DNA of 64,000 nucleotides from positions 12,648,001-12,712,000 of the forward strand of contig CM106585.1 in assembly GCA_048013815.1 (NCBI GenBank). Reading direction: 5' to 3'. The notes beneath the pieces were generated by a model. It worked only from the letters and a program-made list of their open reading frames with translations. It ran no database searches and was not told the origin of the DNA. The stretch is from Setoptus koraiensis (taxonomy: Eukaryota > Animalia > Arthropoda). This document shows positions 26,058 to 39,145 of the stretch, in pieces. Positions within the stretch are counted from its first letter, which is position 1, and each line of letters begins with the position of its first letter. The position numbers and the translations under genes are program-made.

Positions 26058-27095
26058 GTGAGTGGCGTTCGTTGATCCGTCCCGACGGCGCGCTGTCTGG
26101 CCGCCACTGCGGGCCGGTTGGCCGCGCCAAGCCAATGAGCGGCCAACGAGTGGCGCTCGGCCGGCCAAACCGAGCGCCGTTATTGAGCCATCATGCGCGA
26201 ATGCGTCAACTTGATGCCGCCGTGAATCGTGCCGAGCGGGCCGCGTCATTGCGCGGCGGGCACCTCGCCCCACTACCAAATACAAGCTACCAAACGCAAA
26301 CCACCAAACACAAACTACCCAACGTGTACCGCCAAATCTACCCAAATGCGCAAAATACCCGCCGGGTGCGAACGAGCGGGCCGGGCCGGGCTGCGCTAAT
26401 TGACGCGGCGTCTAATCGACGCGGCGTCTAATTGCATCGTCGCAAATTTGTCGCCCGAACTGGCTGGCGAGCCGCAACACAAGCAACACAACATGGCGGC
26501 AATTACACAACAGTGCGTTGCGTTGCTGGTTGCGCAATTACCATTGTAACGATGATACTGGCAGCGTTGTCGTTGTCGTTGTGGCTGCAGCGGCATTGTT
26601 GTGCGCACTTTGTCAGTTGGTTGGTTGGCTGTTGCCGCAGTGTGCTGTTCAATTGTGCGCTCTAGCGGCGGATCGGGCGACCGACCGAGCGGCCGACCGA
26701 CGGCAACCGCGAACCGTGATTTGTTGCCGGTAATGTCATGTAATGTTACGCAACGCTGGCCGGTGCGCTCATGTAACATGAACATGTTAAATAACAAACT
26801 ATCCACGCATCGGCACATTAGTTGCGCATGTGCCATTTGCTAAACTCAAACACTATTTTTAATGTTGTTGTTGCCACTAAAAACAAGTGAGGAGAATTGG
26901 CCAAAAGTCAACAACACACACACACACACACACACACACTTGCGATAACTCTGCGATAAACGACAAGTGCTTGTTATATTACGCAACAGTCGGCATCAAG
27001 TTGCGCGCTACCTGGCGAGTTGGGCCGCCATAAAGGGTTCGCTTGCGATAGCGCAGAGCCCATAAAGCGGCCAGTGTTGTTGTCGTTGTTGCTGT

Positions 27096-27144
<49 letters not shown>

Positions 27145-29316
27145 GCCGTTGCAAAGTGGCCATTATTGGATGCGAGCCGATGCGAGCAACCGACAACAGC
27201 GCTTCATGCTACAATTGTTGCGCAATTGCCGTCGCTGTTGTCGTTGCTGTCGTTGTTGTTGTCGTTGTTGCTGTTGTGTGTACCACAAATTGGTAGTATG
27301 GAGTGGATACGCCACATTAGCAGCCACATTAGCAGCCGCATACGGACAAGCGCAACAAGTGCGCCACTTGTTGCCATTGCCTCTGCCGTGCCCACAGCCG
27401 CCGCCGACGCAGCCTGGCGCGATCGTTTGTCGCGCGGCCTTGAAATCGCCCCGCGCTCGCTATACATACAATACACGTAACACAAACATATTACATAATA
27501 CACATTACATAACACGCATTACATAACACACAAGCAACAGACAAACAGCGACCAGCAAACAAGAGAAGAGCACAAAATGATTGCAACAGACGCGTCCACA
27601 ACGCGTCGTTGTGACAACCAGCTCATGCTGGCCACATCAACTGTGCCGCTGTGCCGGCGCTTGCGCCAGTGCGTGGGAGTCACGCGCTCCGTTTGTGCGC
27701 GCAAGCTGTCACGAGCTGACCAATTGCTGAGCAATTCTTTTCATTCTGTCAGGCCCACAGAGAGGGCCTGCAGCGCCAGCACATCGATCAGCATTACATC
27801 ATCAGCTTACATAATATAGCAAACGCATACACAATACAAGGCAAACCAATGAAAACTAATGTAAACTTATGTAAACTAATGCGCTATTTATAGGCTCTCA
27901 GCGTAGCGATAGGCAGCCAGAAATGGCCCGAGATTGACATGAATTTCTGCGAATTTCCCCTTCGAATTTCGACAGAATCTGTTGGCGGAATTTGCACGAA
28001 ATGACAAGTGCGCACTCGCATTCAAATGATTGGTCAGTGTGTGAGTGAGCCAGTGTGGCCATAATCATCGTACATTGGTCTGGCCATTCGATATGGTGTG
28101 AGTGGCATCGCGTGCGCCTCAAATCGTTCATTTGCGACTCTCCAATTGAGAGTGTCGCGCCAACGTTGTTGCAACCTGTTCCACTTGCGATTACGCAACA
28201 TCATTATCGTCATCGTCGTCATCAGCATCATCATCGGCGTCGTCATCGGCGTCGTCATCGGCGTCGTCATCGGCGTCGTCATGATAAATAATCGCTAATA
28301 ACTGGCCGAGCAGCAGCAGCGCCAGCGCCAGTTAGACATCGGTCGGTGATTAGTTGTTGCGCCATCGGTCTTACTGGGCGCCACAATTCTGACAGAAGCG
28401 CCATCTGAGTGTTTTTGTGCCGACGCCGCAACGGCCTGTCGTTGTTGTTGTCGTTATCGTTGTCGTTGTTGCTGCTGTTGTTGGCGAGCTAGCCGGGCCA
28501 GGCCAGCAGTGGCCAGCAGAGGAGCCGGCCGGCCGGCGTTGCGTCATCAGGGTCGCCAGCGAGCCGATGAGCAGTGTTGTCGTATGGCAGCAACTGGGTT
28601 GCGCAATAGCCTGTGCGATGGCTTGTGCGATCGGTTATGCAACACACACACACACACACGCTTGAAATAAAGCAACATGCGATTGTGTAATAGTGTGGTA
28701 ATGGCGCAGCGATAGCGTACAAGTGCAAAACAAACAGACAGAACTCGTTTTGCTGCTCACCTGTCGCTGGCTCACCTGTGGCTGGCTTACCTGTGGCTGG
28801 CGTGCCCGTCGCTGTTGGCCAGCCAGCGCGGTAGTCATGGCAACTAAGACAATGTGTGTGTGTGTGTGCCACGGCTACCTGACGGCTAGCCAACTGTTGA
28901 TCTAGTTTGCATAATCCCCGTGCTCTAATTTGCATGCCATTACAACTCAGCTTGTGTGACTTGATATTTATATCAAACGATCCGCTGATAAATGCCCGGC
29001 GCTAGGATGCTGGCCGCTGGCTGGCCGCCGACGAGCAACAAGTGGATTGTTGCGAGCGACATTCGGCCGGCTCAGCCGATTCGGTTGACTCGGCTGTCTC
29101 AGCTGATTCGGTTGGCTCAGGTGAGCTCACCTGAGCGGGCTCATCTGTTGCCGCTCGATCGGCCGATCGGATCGCCGGCGAGCAGCAACGATTCTTATCG
29201 CGTCGCTGTCGCTGTTTGTCGTCTCTTGTTGCTGCAACTGTCTCACCTGTCTATTGTGTTTGGCCGACCGCTAACAATTGTTGGCAGTCTCGCCCAGATT
29301 ATTGCCACCGCCAGTG

Positions 29317-29340
29317 GTTGCAGTTGCAGTTGCAGTTGCA

Positions 29341-29434
<94 letters not shown>

Positions 29435-29455
29435 TTGTTGCTGTTGCTGTTGTTG
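29317..29455. repeat. (GTTGCA)4(GTTGCT)n microsatellite, ~23 hexamers
   Basis: Directly visible; longest simple repeat in the window. Confidence 0.95.
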
Positions 29456-29872
29456 CCGATTGTCTTGGCGATGCCGCGAACCGATAACAATAACAGTTGT
29501 GCGAAATACAAACAACAACAGCAATATTTGTTTGTTTTTCTCGGCTTTTTGCTCCAGTTGCTAATTCACAGTTGCGACAGCACAGTTGCGACAGCACAGT
29601 TGCCACTGGTCGCTCGGCCGGCCCCTTGGACGCCATTGGCCAAAGTGAGCGATAATGATCGATTATCGGCCGGCGCAGCGCACAGTAGCCAGCCGCGCTG
29701 AGCTCAATTGTCTCATTGTGCAACGCGACCACAATTACCTGGCGCCTCGTCTTCATTAGCGAGCGCCGGCCCTTTGCCGGCGCTGGCATGATTAATTGAT
29801 ACCCTGAGTTAATTTTTGCTTTTGGCCGGCGCCGGCAACCGCCGATTTGTCCGCCCGCAGTCCATTGAGCGG

Positions 29873-29950
29873 TCGATTTGTGCGTTCGAGCGAGCGCTCG
29901 ATTTGTGCGTTCGAGCGAGCGCTCGATTTGTGCGTTCGAACGAGCGCTCG
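29873..29950. repeat. 25-bp tandem repeat TCGATTTGTGCGTTCGAGCGAGCGC x3
   Basis: Units at 29873, 29898 and 29923. Confidence 0.9.
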
Positions 29951-30314
29951 GCTCAAGGGGTTGCGTTCGCGACTCGCACAGGTAGCCCGTCGCAGTTATC
30001 TCTTTGTTTCATCTCGTCGTCGTCGTGGAGCGTCGTAACGGCGCGCTCGCAACAACGTTGTTGGGCGCAGTTTTCGCCCCTGTGCGACTATCACTAACGA
30101 TAAAAATTGTGCCAACAGCGCCAACAATGCCGATTATGTCGATTATGCCAATTATGCCAACGATACCACTGATACGTAATGCTAAAACAATATATTAATA
30201 ATCAATTCAATCTTGCCGCCCGCTTCCGATAATTACCCGTCCGATGCCAATTATGCGATCCCAATTATCCGATCGCAATTATGCCGTTATCCGATTCGAT
30301 TGCTCGGCCAACAG

Positions 30315-30635
30315 CGGCGCCCACTCCCCCGCTCATCGCCAACTTGGACGTGCCGGCGCGCGAGGGCGTCGAGTACCAGCTCAACTGCTCCAGCTCAAAC
30401 GGAAATCCCGACCCCAAAATCACCTGGTACAAGAACGGCATGCAACTGGAGGGCGCCGGCAAGCTGATCAGCTCAGAAATGGAAACGGTCAACGTGCTGA
30501 CCATTGTGCCGCGCATGGAGGATCACCAGGCCCATTACAAGTGTCGCATCAGCGGCAAGGCGCTCGAGATGTTCTCGCAGAAGAGCCCCAATTACGACTC
30601 CGGCTACGAGATGGAACAGAAGCTGCTCGTCGAAT
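30315..30635 (+). CDS. ed: Echinoid, Ig2 exon
   Basis: caacag|CG...GAA T|gtaagt, phase 1-1, 321 nt. APTPPLIAN...YQLNCSSSNGNPDPKITWYKNG...VLTIVPRMEDHQAHYKC matches the recalled Ed Ig2 pattern (ELTCSSIGGSPDPTITWYRE...LSIIPRRADDGAKYKC). Confidence 0.9.
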
Positions 30636-31335
30636 GTAAGTAGCGCGCCATTGAGCGCAACGTGCGCAATTTCTCTGTCTTTTTCAGTAAATCGCAAATT
30701 GCAAATCGCATGCGCGTCACTTGCACCGGAAGCGCGCATCCGCCCACACAGCGGCCGAGCGCGGTCGCGCTCGGCTGACCGCGCAGCGGCTGAGTGACGC
30801 GCGGTCACTCAGGCTGAGTGTGTCATAATTTACTCATACAACTACTAGTAAATTATAACAGATTGTGGTGCCGCGACGAGGCCCGACTCACTGGCAGTGT
30901 TTGGCGGCGTTGTCGCCGTCGCTGTTGTTGCGGCGGATAATTACAACAGCGACAAGTGCGCCGGGTCGCGTGCTTGGCCATAATTCAGCGGCGTTGTCAT
31001 GCGTATGTGGCGGCTGCCGGGCCGCCAGTCGGCCCCGCAGCGGGCCAATCAGTTTCGCGGGATCGCGGTCGGACCCGCGCTCTGCTTCGAGCGCGGATCT
31101 CGGGTGCGGGTCTCGGGTGCGGGTGGCGAGTGCGACTCGCAAACGGGCCACAGTTTGGAGCGGCCGGCCATCAGGCGGCCCGGGTAACGGTCGCTCAGTC
31201 CATTAGTCACTGTTGCCGTTGGTCGCTAATGACTGTTTGTTTGCGAGCCCATTTGCCGCAGACGCTGGCCGGCCGGCCGGCCGGCCGTCGGTGATTAAGA
31301 TGCTGGCCCGGCCGCAGCGACATTTGTGCGTTTGT

Positions 31336-31406
31336 GTCGCCACTGACCAGTCAATGCGTCGCCACTGACCGGTCGATGCGTCGCCACTGACCGGTCGATG
31401 CGTCGC
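31336..31406. repeat. 22-bp tandem repeat GTCGCCACTGACCGGTCGATGC x3
   Basis: Units at 31336, 31358 and 31380. Confidence 0.9.
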
Positions 31407-34400
31407 GGCCAGTTGACAGAGCCGGTGTGCTCGACAGAGTGCCGTTGACAGTCGACGTGATGGACAGCACACAAAGGGCGACAGAGGGGCCAGGTGTCAA
31501 CAGAGCGCCATGTTTGTGTTATGTAGAGATAATTGTTTGGCGGGCAGTAAACGGCTGATTGCTAAAAAGACTTTTTAAAAAAGACTGGCCGAGCACAGGC
31601 AAGCGCAGGTAAGCACAGGTAAGCGCAGGTAAAGTCGGGCAAACGGCGATAAACGCTCGGCGCACTGTGGCCGTCGAGCGCTCGTCTCTACCGAGCGCAG
31701 GCGGCCGGAGATGCCGCGCTGACAGGCACTAAAAAACGGCCCGTCGCATTAATTGTGTAAAGCTTGCGACAATTGTCGCCAAATTGCCGCCGCTGGTCGG
31801 CCGGCCCGACCGAGCGCCGGCGCCGTCCGCTGACCGCGCGGCCTCTCGGGCGGCCACTGGCCGGCAATTGCCGCCGTCGCGGCCCAAATTTCGTGCCGAG
31901 CAATTGCGTCAACACTGTTGACTAAACAGGGACAATGGCCAATTGCGGCAACTTGTCGCTCGACGCTGTCGCTCGATGTTGTCGCTCGACGCTGTCGCTC
32001 GACGGAGCGACCGTTATAATTGGCGCGGTCGCAGTTGGCCGGCGTGCGGCTACGCAATGTTGTGTCGGTCGGCCGCCAGTTGTCACTTATTATCGCCCAG
32101 ATAAAGACGTCATTAGGGCATGTCAGGTGGTTAGCTCGGCCGTTTGTTTGCGCTGACAGCCACTGATTGCATCAGTGGCCGACTTTGCGCCGCGGCGCTG
32201 TCACCGCTGGCCGGCACCGCTGGCCCTCGCATCTCGCTGTCGCGGGCAGCTGCAATATCTGGCCGCATTATCTGGCCGTAATGGCTCGTAAAACCGGCCC
32301 GAAACGAGCAATGTAAATAGTGCAAACCGCGCCAGACGCATAAACAAACGTCGTAAATCGTCGAGTGGTCGCCGCTCGTCCGGCCAACGGTCGCCACCGC
32401 AGCGCGGACGGCCCACTTTGGACGGGCCGCCTTGGACGGGCCGCTTTGGGCGGCCCGTGCGGCCGGCGCGGCAACCCGCGGCACCGCCCTATTGGCCGAG
32501 CAGCCTCTGGTCACCGGAGTCTGGTGCGCCTGTGCGCGTGGCGGGAGCAAAGGCTTGAGCCGGGCCCCCGCTCGCCGGCTCGCTCGCGTTCCAACGGCCG
32601 GCGCAGTGTGACGACGGGCACAGTGTGACCACGAGCACAATCTGACCACGAGCACAATCTGACAGTGAGAATCCGACTGTCAGATGCGACGGGCCGACAG
32701 CGCCATGTGTTGCTGTCGCCCGCGAGCGTGAGAACCCGATCGCGCTGCCATCTGATCACGACGCCCCGTCTGGCGCTTGCACGAGCAGCGCGCGTCACGT
32801 GAGCACCTCAGACTCTGGGGCTCGGAGGGCACGCGGTGCACGCGACACACGCACCGCCAGTTGGCCGGGTAAAGCGGGCTGCCACGGGCGCAATTAACCG
32901 TTGGTAGCCACTGGCAGCGTCGGCAGCGTCGGCTGCAGCGCCCCTTGGGCGTCCACTGCGCCAACAGTTGGCCGGTCGGGCCGGCCGCTGCTCGGGCAAC
33001 AGATGCCGTCCGTTGGGCTGGTTCGCTCGCTTCGGCGTTCGAGCGCTCGGTTCTCACACGAACACCCGAACGCCTGCATGCTTCGAGCGTTCGCCGTTCA
33101 CAGGTGAGCGCGCGACCGTTCCCATGTTCGGCCGTTCGAAGCCGCGAACGTTCGAAGCTGCGAGCGTTCGGTGCTTCCACCGTCCAACGCTCGCTCGCAA
33201 CTGGCCACGGGGGCTCAATCGATCGCTTCAATTGATTGTGTGCGTGATATCGTATATTCGTCAGCTTATCGTCGGCTCAATGGCGGCTCGCAGCGGCCAA
33301 AATCACGACCGGCCCGAGCACCGTGTCGTTCGCGCCGACCGGTCTCGGCGGCACGCCCACTCGCTCGAACACTGGGGCCCGGCCGTCGCAGTTGTATTAT
33401 AACAGCAACTTGTATAGCAATGTGCGAGCATAAAATAATGCTGCGTTCATTATTTCATGCTCGTCATTAGGCTGTCGTTCTGGCCGGCAGAGTGCGCTGT
33501 CGGGTTGCGATTTCGTCCTATCCAGCGCGACTTGCAATACAATACTTGTAGATGCGGCCACCGCTGGTACTACCAACGTTGATGTTCAATGTTGTCGATA
33601 TTCAATCTTGTTGATATTCAATGTTGTTGATGGCACGGCCCGTCATCATCGCCCGTTGCGGCCCGTTTAGTGGCCGGCGCCCGATGAGCTCTCATCGTGA
33701 GCTCATCATTTTATGACGGCGATGACGAGCATGTGTGATAAATGTGACCATAACTAACTAGACCGGTCACAGTGTGATTGCGACCGGTCGAAGCGACTTT
33801 TCGCCTCGGCCCGCTCACCTGTTGCCGTCGCTATCGCTGTTGCCGTCGCTGTTGCCGTCGCTGTTGCCGTCGCTGTTGGTGTTGCGCTTCTGTGGGTCGC
33901 TCGCACACAGTCAGTATCACCATTATGTAATAATAATATTGCGTAATAGTAATGTTATATAATTGTAATATTAACAGTCTGGCAAGAGTCATTGCGCAAC
34001 AGTTGTCAGTGGGCAACGCAGTTGGCTGCCGCCTTGGCGAGCCGGATCACAGACGAACCGGTTGGAGAGCCGGAGCTGGCGAGCGAGCGGCCGTCGTCAT
34101 AGTGTTAAGTGTCGCGCCTACCTGTTGCCAGTTGCCAGTCGCCAGTTTGCAGTGGTCAGTCGGCATTCGTCGGTTGGCAGCGCGATAAAGCGACCAGGAT
34201 GCGGCCAACGGCACGCTACAATGCATGACCAACATGATATAATATATACACAACTGACACAATATATGCAACTGCATATATATTATATCGGCTGTAATGT
34301 ATACAACTGATATAATATACGAGTGATATTATATGCAACTGATGCAATATTTGCCATTTCGCTGCAAAGACACAGCGACGAGCAGCAGCGAAGCCAATTA

Positions 34401-35698
34401 AATGTCGGCTAACGACATCGCAGGTCGCCAGCACACAAATCGGCGAGCAAAATCACCTAACAGTTATATCTATTAGGTTGGCCGGCCAGTAATCGATTTG
34501 GCCCCGAGCCACTGGGACACTCTTCTCACCGTGGACCGGTCAGCTGACGAGAGCGCCGACACGGACTCTCAAACTGTGACTCTCACACTGGACAAACCAA
34601 TCAGGTTGCCGGCAACAGGTTGCAGATCGCAATCGCGCCAACAGCCACTTGTGCAGTGTGATGCCACCATCCCGTCGGCCGTCATGTCACCGTAATTGCA
34701 AACGAAATCGCCACTCCCGTCGGTCTTGCCAATGCAAACGAGCCGCTCTCGACGACGCTCGCTCTCGACGACGCTCGCTCTCGACGACGCTCAGTCTCGA
34801 TGATTTAATTGTCCGTTACATCGCGCTGTGTCATAACGCACTGTATCATAATGCATTAGGTATGTGGGGCTCCATGTTCATTATCAGTGCGGCACCACCG
34901 ACCAGCTGACACTCATGACAAACAGCTGGCGATGACACAAGCGCGCACAGCTGACAATGACACAAGCGCGCGCAGCTGATCGCCGGCAAGCTTGTCACAC
35001 ACTTGGACACTGGTCAATGTGCACTATAACATATAGTGACACAAGTATAATACTACTACCACTAGTGCTACTAGTAAACAAAGTCAGCTGATGCCCAAAT
35101 TGCTCGAATTGCTCACATAGTGCATTGCTGAAATGAACTGGTCAGCAGCATCGCGATGACGCAACCATCAGCAGCAGCAGCACAGTGTATAAATAGTGCT
35201 GTCGCTAACGAGATCTCGCAACATCTTGTCGCCCACAACAACTTGTTTCCATTGGCTCACTGTAACAGACGCAGTCAGACAGACAGAGCAGCCAGAATCA
35301 GATATTGCGCAACTATAATTATATATAAGCAGTGATTATATAACAAGTATTGAGTGATTATATAACAAGTGTGTGCGCTGTGCCAACAGTGTCGTGTCAA
35401 GGTAAACCAATAGCGTCGCTAGTTAGCGAGCACTGGCCTGGCGAGCTCACAAACCAGTGAGCCAGCAAATTTGGCCAACTCATAATGTCATTAGGAGGCC
35501 GCTTATTATCGCTTGGCATCTTGGCAAGTGTTGAGCGGCCGCCGCCCCCACGATAAATGGGCCACACAAATGTGTATGTTTGACATCGAGCGGGCGCCCT
35601 CTAGCGGGCCGGCTCAGCCCGCTGATTGGCGATCGCCGGCCAACTGAGCGGTCAGCAAATTATTTGCTGGCCAGTAATTTGGCCGGCCTAATAGTTTG

Positions 35699-35701
<3 letters not shown>

Positions 35702-35740
<39 letters not shown>
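35702..35740. repeat. (TG)n dinucleotide microsatellite
   Basis: Directly visible; many shorter CA/TG runs elsewhere. Confidence 0.95.
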
Positions 35741-35741
<1 letters not shown>

Positions 35742-37380
35742 GCCGTTGTGAGTGTCCACCGTACACCGTAAACAACATTTTATCAACAATTGGCTGTGTC
35801 ACAACTAATTAAAGTGTCACACATTTCGCACAGCGATTGGCACAGACGAGCTTGTTGGCCGCGGCTCGGCCATCTCGCTGGCCAGTGACCAGCATTGAAT
35901 TTGGCACATCTTCTGGCGTGATGCAGCCGCGTTAGCGGCCGTGCGAAGGGGCGGGTCGCCGCCGGGCACCGAGTGGCCCGGTGCACACACGGTCAGCGGG
36001 CACGGTCCCACGGTCGCTCCGGGCGCCTATGATTAACATGTGTCGCGGTCGGTTCGCTCAGGTGATGCTGGCAGCGCTTGTGCGCGCTCTGGCAGCATCA
36101 CCTGAGCGATTCTTTTCTGGCAGCGAATCGGGCAGCGAATCGGGCAGCGAATCTGGCGAAGAAGCCAGAGAAGCGGCAACGGGCAGCCCGACGTTGCGAG
36201 CAGATCGCTCCATCGCGGCGCGCTGGAACGCGCTTTATCGGGCACAGCATCAGCGGGCAGCGACGGCGAACGTCGGCCGTTGGCCGTTCAAACTTCGAAC
36301 TTCGAAGCGACTCGACGCGAGCAGCAGATTCGACGCGAACCAGCAGAAGAGGCAGCGAACGAGCGAAGAGGCGATTCGACGCGAGCGCCAAGAAGCAGCG
36401 AACGAGCAGAAGAGGCGATTCGAAGCGAACGAGCAGCAGAAGAAGCGTCCCGAGCGAGCGTCAGACGCTCACAGACGGAGCGAAAGCAAACAAGCCTGCC
36501 GTTGCACTTACCTGTTGATTGTGTCTGTGTTTACCTATGGCCGCAGCACGACGACAACAACAACAACAACAACTTCTTTGTTCCATCTTCGATTCGGACG
36601 ACAACCGCTCATTATAGCTACGGGCACACACAAATCCTTGGCTCTGCGGCGAATCTTCGCTCTGGCTGTGCGGCGAATATTCGCTGGCCGCTTCTTCTCG
36701 GGCTGCTTGTTCGCGTTCGCGGATCGAGGCTCGCGAACGCGATAAAAATAAAACCAAAAGTCGCCACTTCAATTGTGCGTGTGTTTGCGCACAGAATTCG
36801 CCCACTTTTGCCAGTCCGGCAGCGGGCCATCGGGCTACGCGGGCCGCCAGTTGGCAGCCAAAAAACAGTTGGCCAATCAACAGTTTGCAGGCACAAGTTT
36901 GCGAGCAGCCAAAACGGGCCAAATTGCGCACAGGTGAGCCGCTCGTGCGCCGCCCGGTTCGCATCTGTACCTCTCGGTATACGTATACCGACCTATACGG
37001 TATAGGTCGGCGTATGTGGGTATAGTATGGTGGCGCGCCCACATACAGACTCTAGCATACAGTCTGAGCTAGAGTGGCGCTGCCCGGGTCGCCGCGGCCG
37101 GCCCGCCGGCCGGCCCAGAGAGCGGCTGTTTGCGGCGACCATTCAACGCCGGTCAGTTGGCCGACAGCAGCGCCAGCAGCAGCAGCGGCACGTATTGCCT
37201 TCGGCCATTTTGTGCGCGTTGCCGTGGTTGCCAGCGCGCTCGTTAGGGCCTCGCACGGGCGTGTTACCTGGCGGGCGCACAGGTAAATCGGAGCGGAGCG
37301 CACCTATCATTTACCTGTGCGTGCTGGTGCCCGGTGCGTGACAGCAGCGAGCTGGCACATTCTTTTTGTTCTGCCTCTCG

Positions 37381-37471
37381 GTGCTTCTTTTCGCTTCTCG
37401 GTGCTTCTTTTCGCTCATTTCTGCTTCTTTCTGCTTCTTTTCGCTCATTTCTGCTTCTTTCTGCTTCTTTT
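37381..37471. repeat. 10-bp-periodic pyrimidine tract (TGCTTCTTTC-type)
   Basis: Nine degenerate decamers with strong purine/pyrimidine strand asymmetry. Confidence 0.85.
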
Positions 37472-39145
37472 GTGCGCCAGCCAGAATGGAGGCCGCTCGG
37501 CTCATTGTGGGCTTGTTCTCGGCCCGTCCGCGGCTCGTTCTCGGCTGGCAGACAACAACGCCGAGAACAACGGCGAGCGGCTCGTTGCGGGCGACGCGCC
37601 CGACACCAACAGTTGGCCGGCCCCGCGAACAAAGAAGCACGCGAAAACAATTGAAACATGCACGCGCGTCCATTGTTTGGCCGTTCTCTGGCCGTTTATC
37701 TCCGCTTTTGGGCATTGTTATCCTGGCACGATGGCCGTTGTTTGTTGGTCGGCAGGGCCGGTAACAGCGTCACGTCCAACCGACGCGAGATTATTGGAGC
37801 GGCTCGGCTACCCGTCTACTATACCCACATATACCGGCGGCCGTTGCCGGGTAGCCGAGCCGTGCACGCCAGGCCCGACCGACTGACCGACATTGGCGCT
37901 GACAAAAAACGCACATCCACGCCATATTGACGCTTATGAGTCTTGCGTTGCGACATGTGTATAAATATGGCATATTCATACATGCTGCGGCTTGCGTATT
38001 GCGGCAAAATAGCGTGGCAAAATACTGTGGCGAGCATATGAAAATGTATGAAAAATGTATGAAAAATGTATGAAAAATATACGAAAAACACATGAAAAAC
38101 ATAGGCAAAACAGAAACAAATGGCGAGCCACTCGCGCCTCGGCCTGGCCGGTTCTGGTCCCGTGGCCACACACAAAATCGCCATCAGCCGGCAATTGACA
38201 AGCCAGTACCGTTGATACTGTGTATCAATATCGGCGCTGTGGCGATCATATGATGTGACAATCATATGATTCATGCGACAACAAACAACAACTGCTCCAC
38301 TTTTGACAGTCACTGTCAGTGCGTCAGCTGACTCAGCTGACAGTTCATGCTGCCTAGGTTGCCTTGTGAGAGATTGTGTCGCTGCCTTGAACTGCCTCGG
38401 CGTGCGATACCCATAATAATACACAGGCCGTGTTGTGTTCGCAAGTGTCAGTTCGAGTTGGCCAGAGATGCGAATTGGCCAGAAATTGAATGTGACAGCG
38501 AGCTGTCACATTTGTCCGCAGCAGCGGCGGCGTTGTCTGCCGAGACAATCGCTCGTCGTTCCCATGCCCGTGCGTCTTCCTCTGGCAAATCTGGCAAATC
38601 TGGCAAATCTGTCGCTGTCCATTGGCCCGCAACGTATTGCGCAACATGTTGTGTTCGGTGCCGTACTGGGCTCGCGGCGTCTGGCCCGTGTCCATGTGAG
38701 CAACCTGTTGCCGCTTGTTGCACTTTCGGCGAGCGAGCCGTTCGGCCGATCGATTCGGCCAACCGCAGCCAGTCCGTTTGCCGATTTCGCGCCGATTCGG
38801 CAAATATTCACGCCATTAGAACAGGCCATTGTGGCCCAATTTGGTTCTAATTTGCATGTGATTGCATGGCGGCCGCTTGGCCGATTTGTCGCTCCCATCA
38901 TGGGAGTCCCATGCCCGGTTCGCAGCGCTCCGTCTAGCCTCCGACCAGCTCCAATCAATCGAAAGCCCTTCAATCACCGACTAACGCCAATCTCCCCTCT
39001 CTCCCTTCCGTGTCGCAATGCCACCATCGCCGGACGCCTTCACGCACTATCATTTGGATCATTTGGATCACTTGGATCATTTGGATTATTTGCAAACTAT
39101 TGACCATCGTCGACCGTTTTGGGCAATTATCGATAAATCGCGCAG

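Noticed and set aside
2500-30200. Dozens of 60-240 aa ORFs on both strands (poly-Q/L/C/T/N/V, Arg/Ala-rich)
   Set aside because: They are translations of CAA/TTG/GTC microsatellites and stop-poor GC-rich DNA; no domain motifs, and they overlap in all six frames.
24125-31406. 22-25-bp repeats as possible CRISPR arrays
   Set aside because: Head-to-tail with no unique spacers, three copies each, unrelated to each other, no cas genes, eukaryotic context.
39010-39145. N-terminal 45 aa of the 1193-aa ORF as a signal/start (also 30281-30314, 42563-42591, 42659-42722)
   Set aside because: Intronic read-through; canonical splice sites give in-frame junctions that restore Ed homology.
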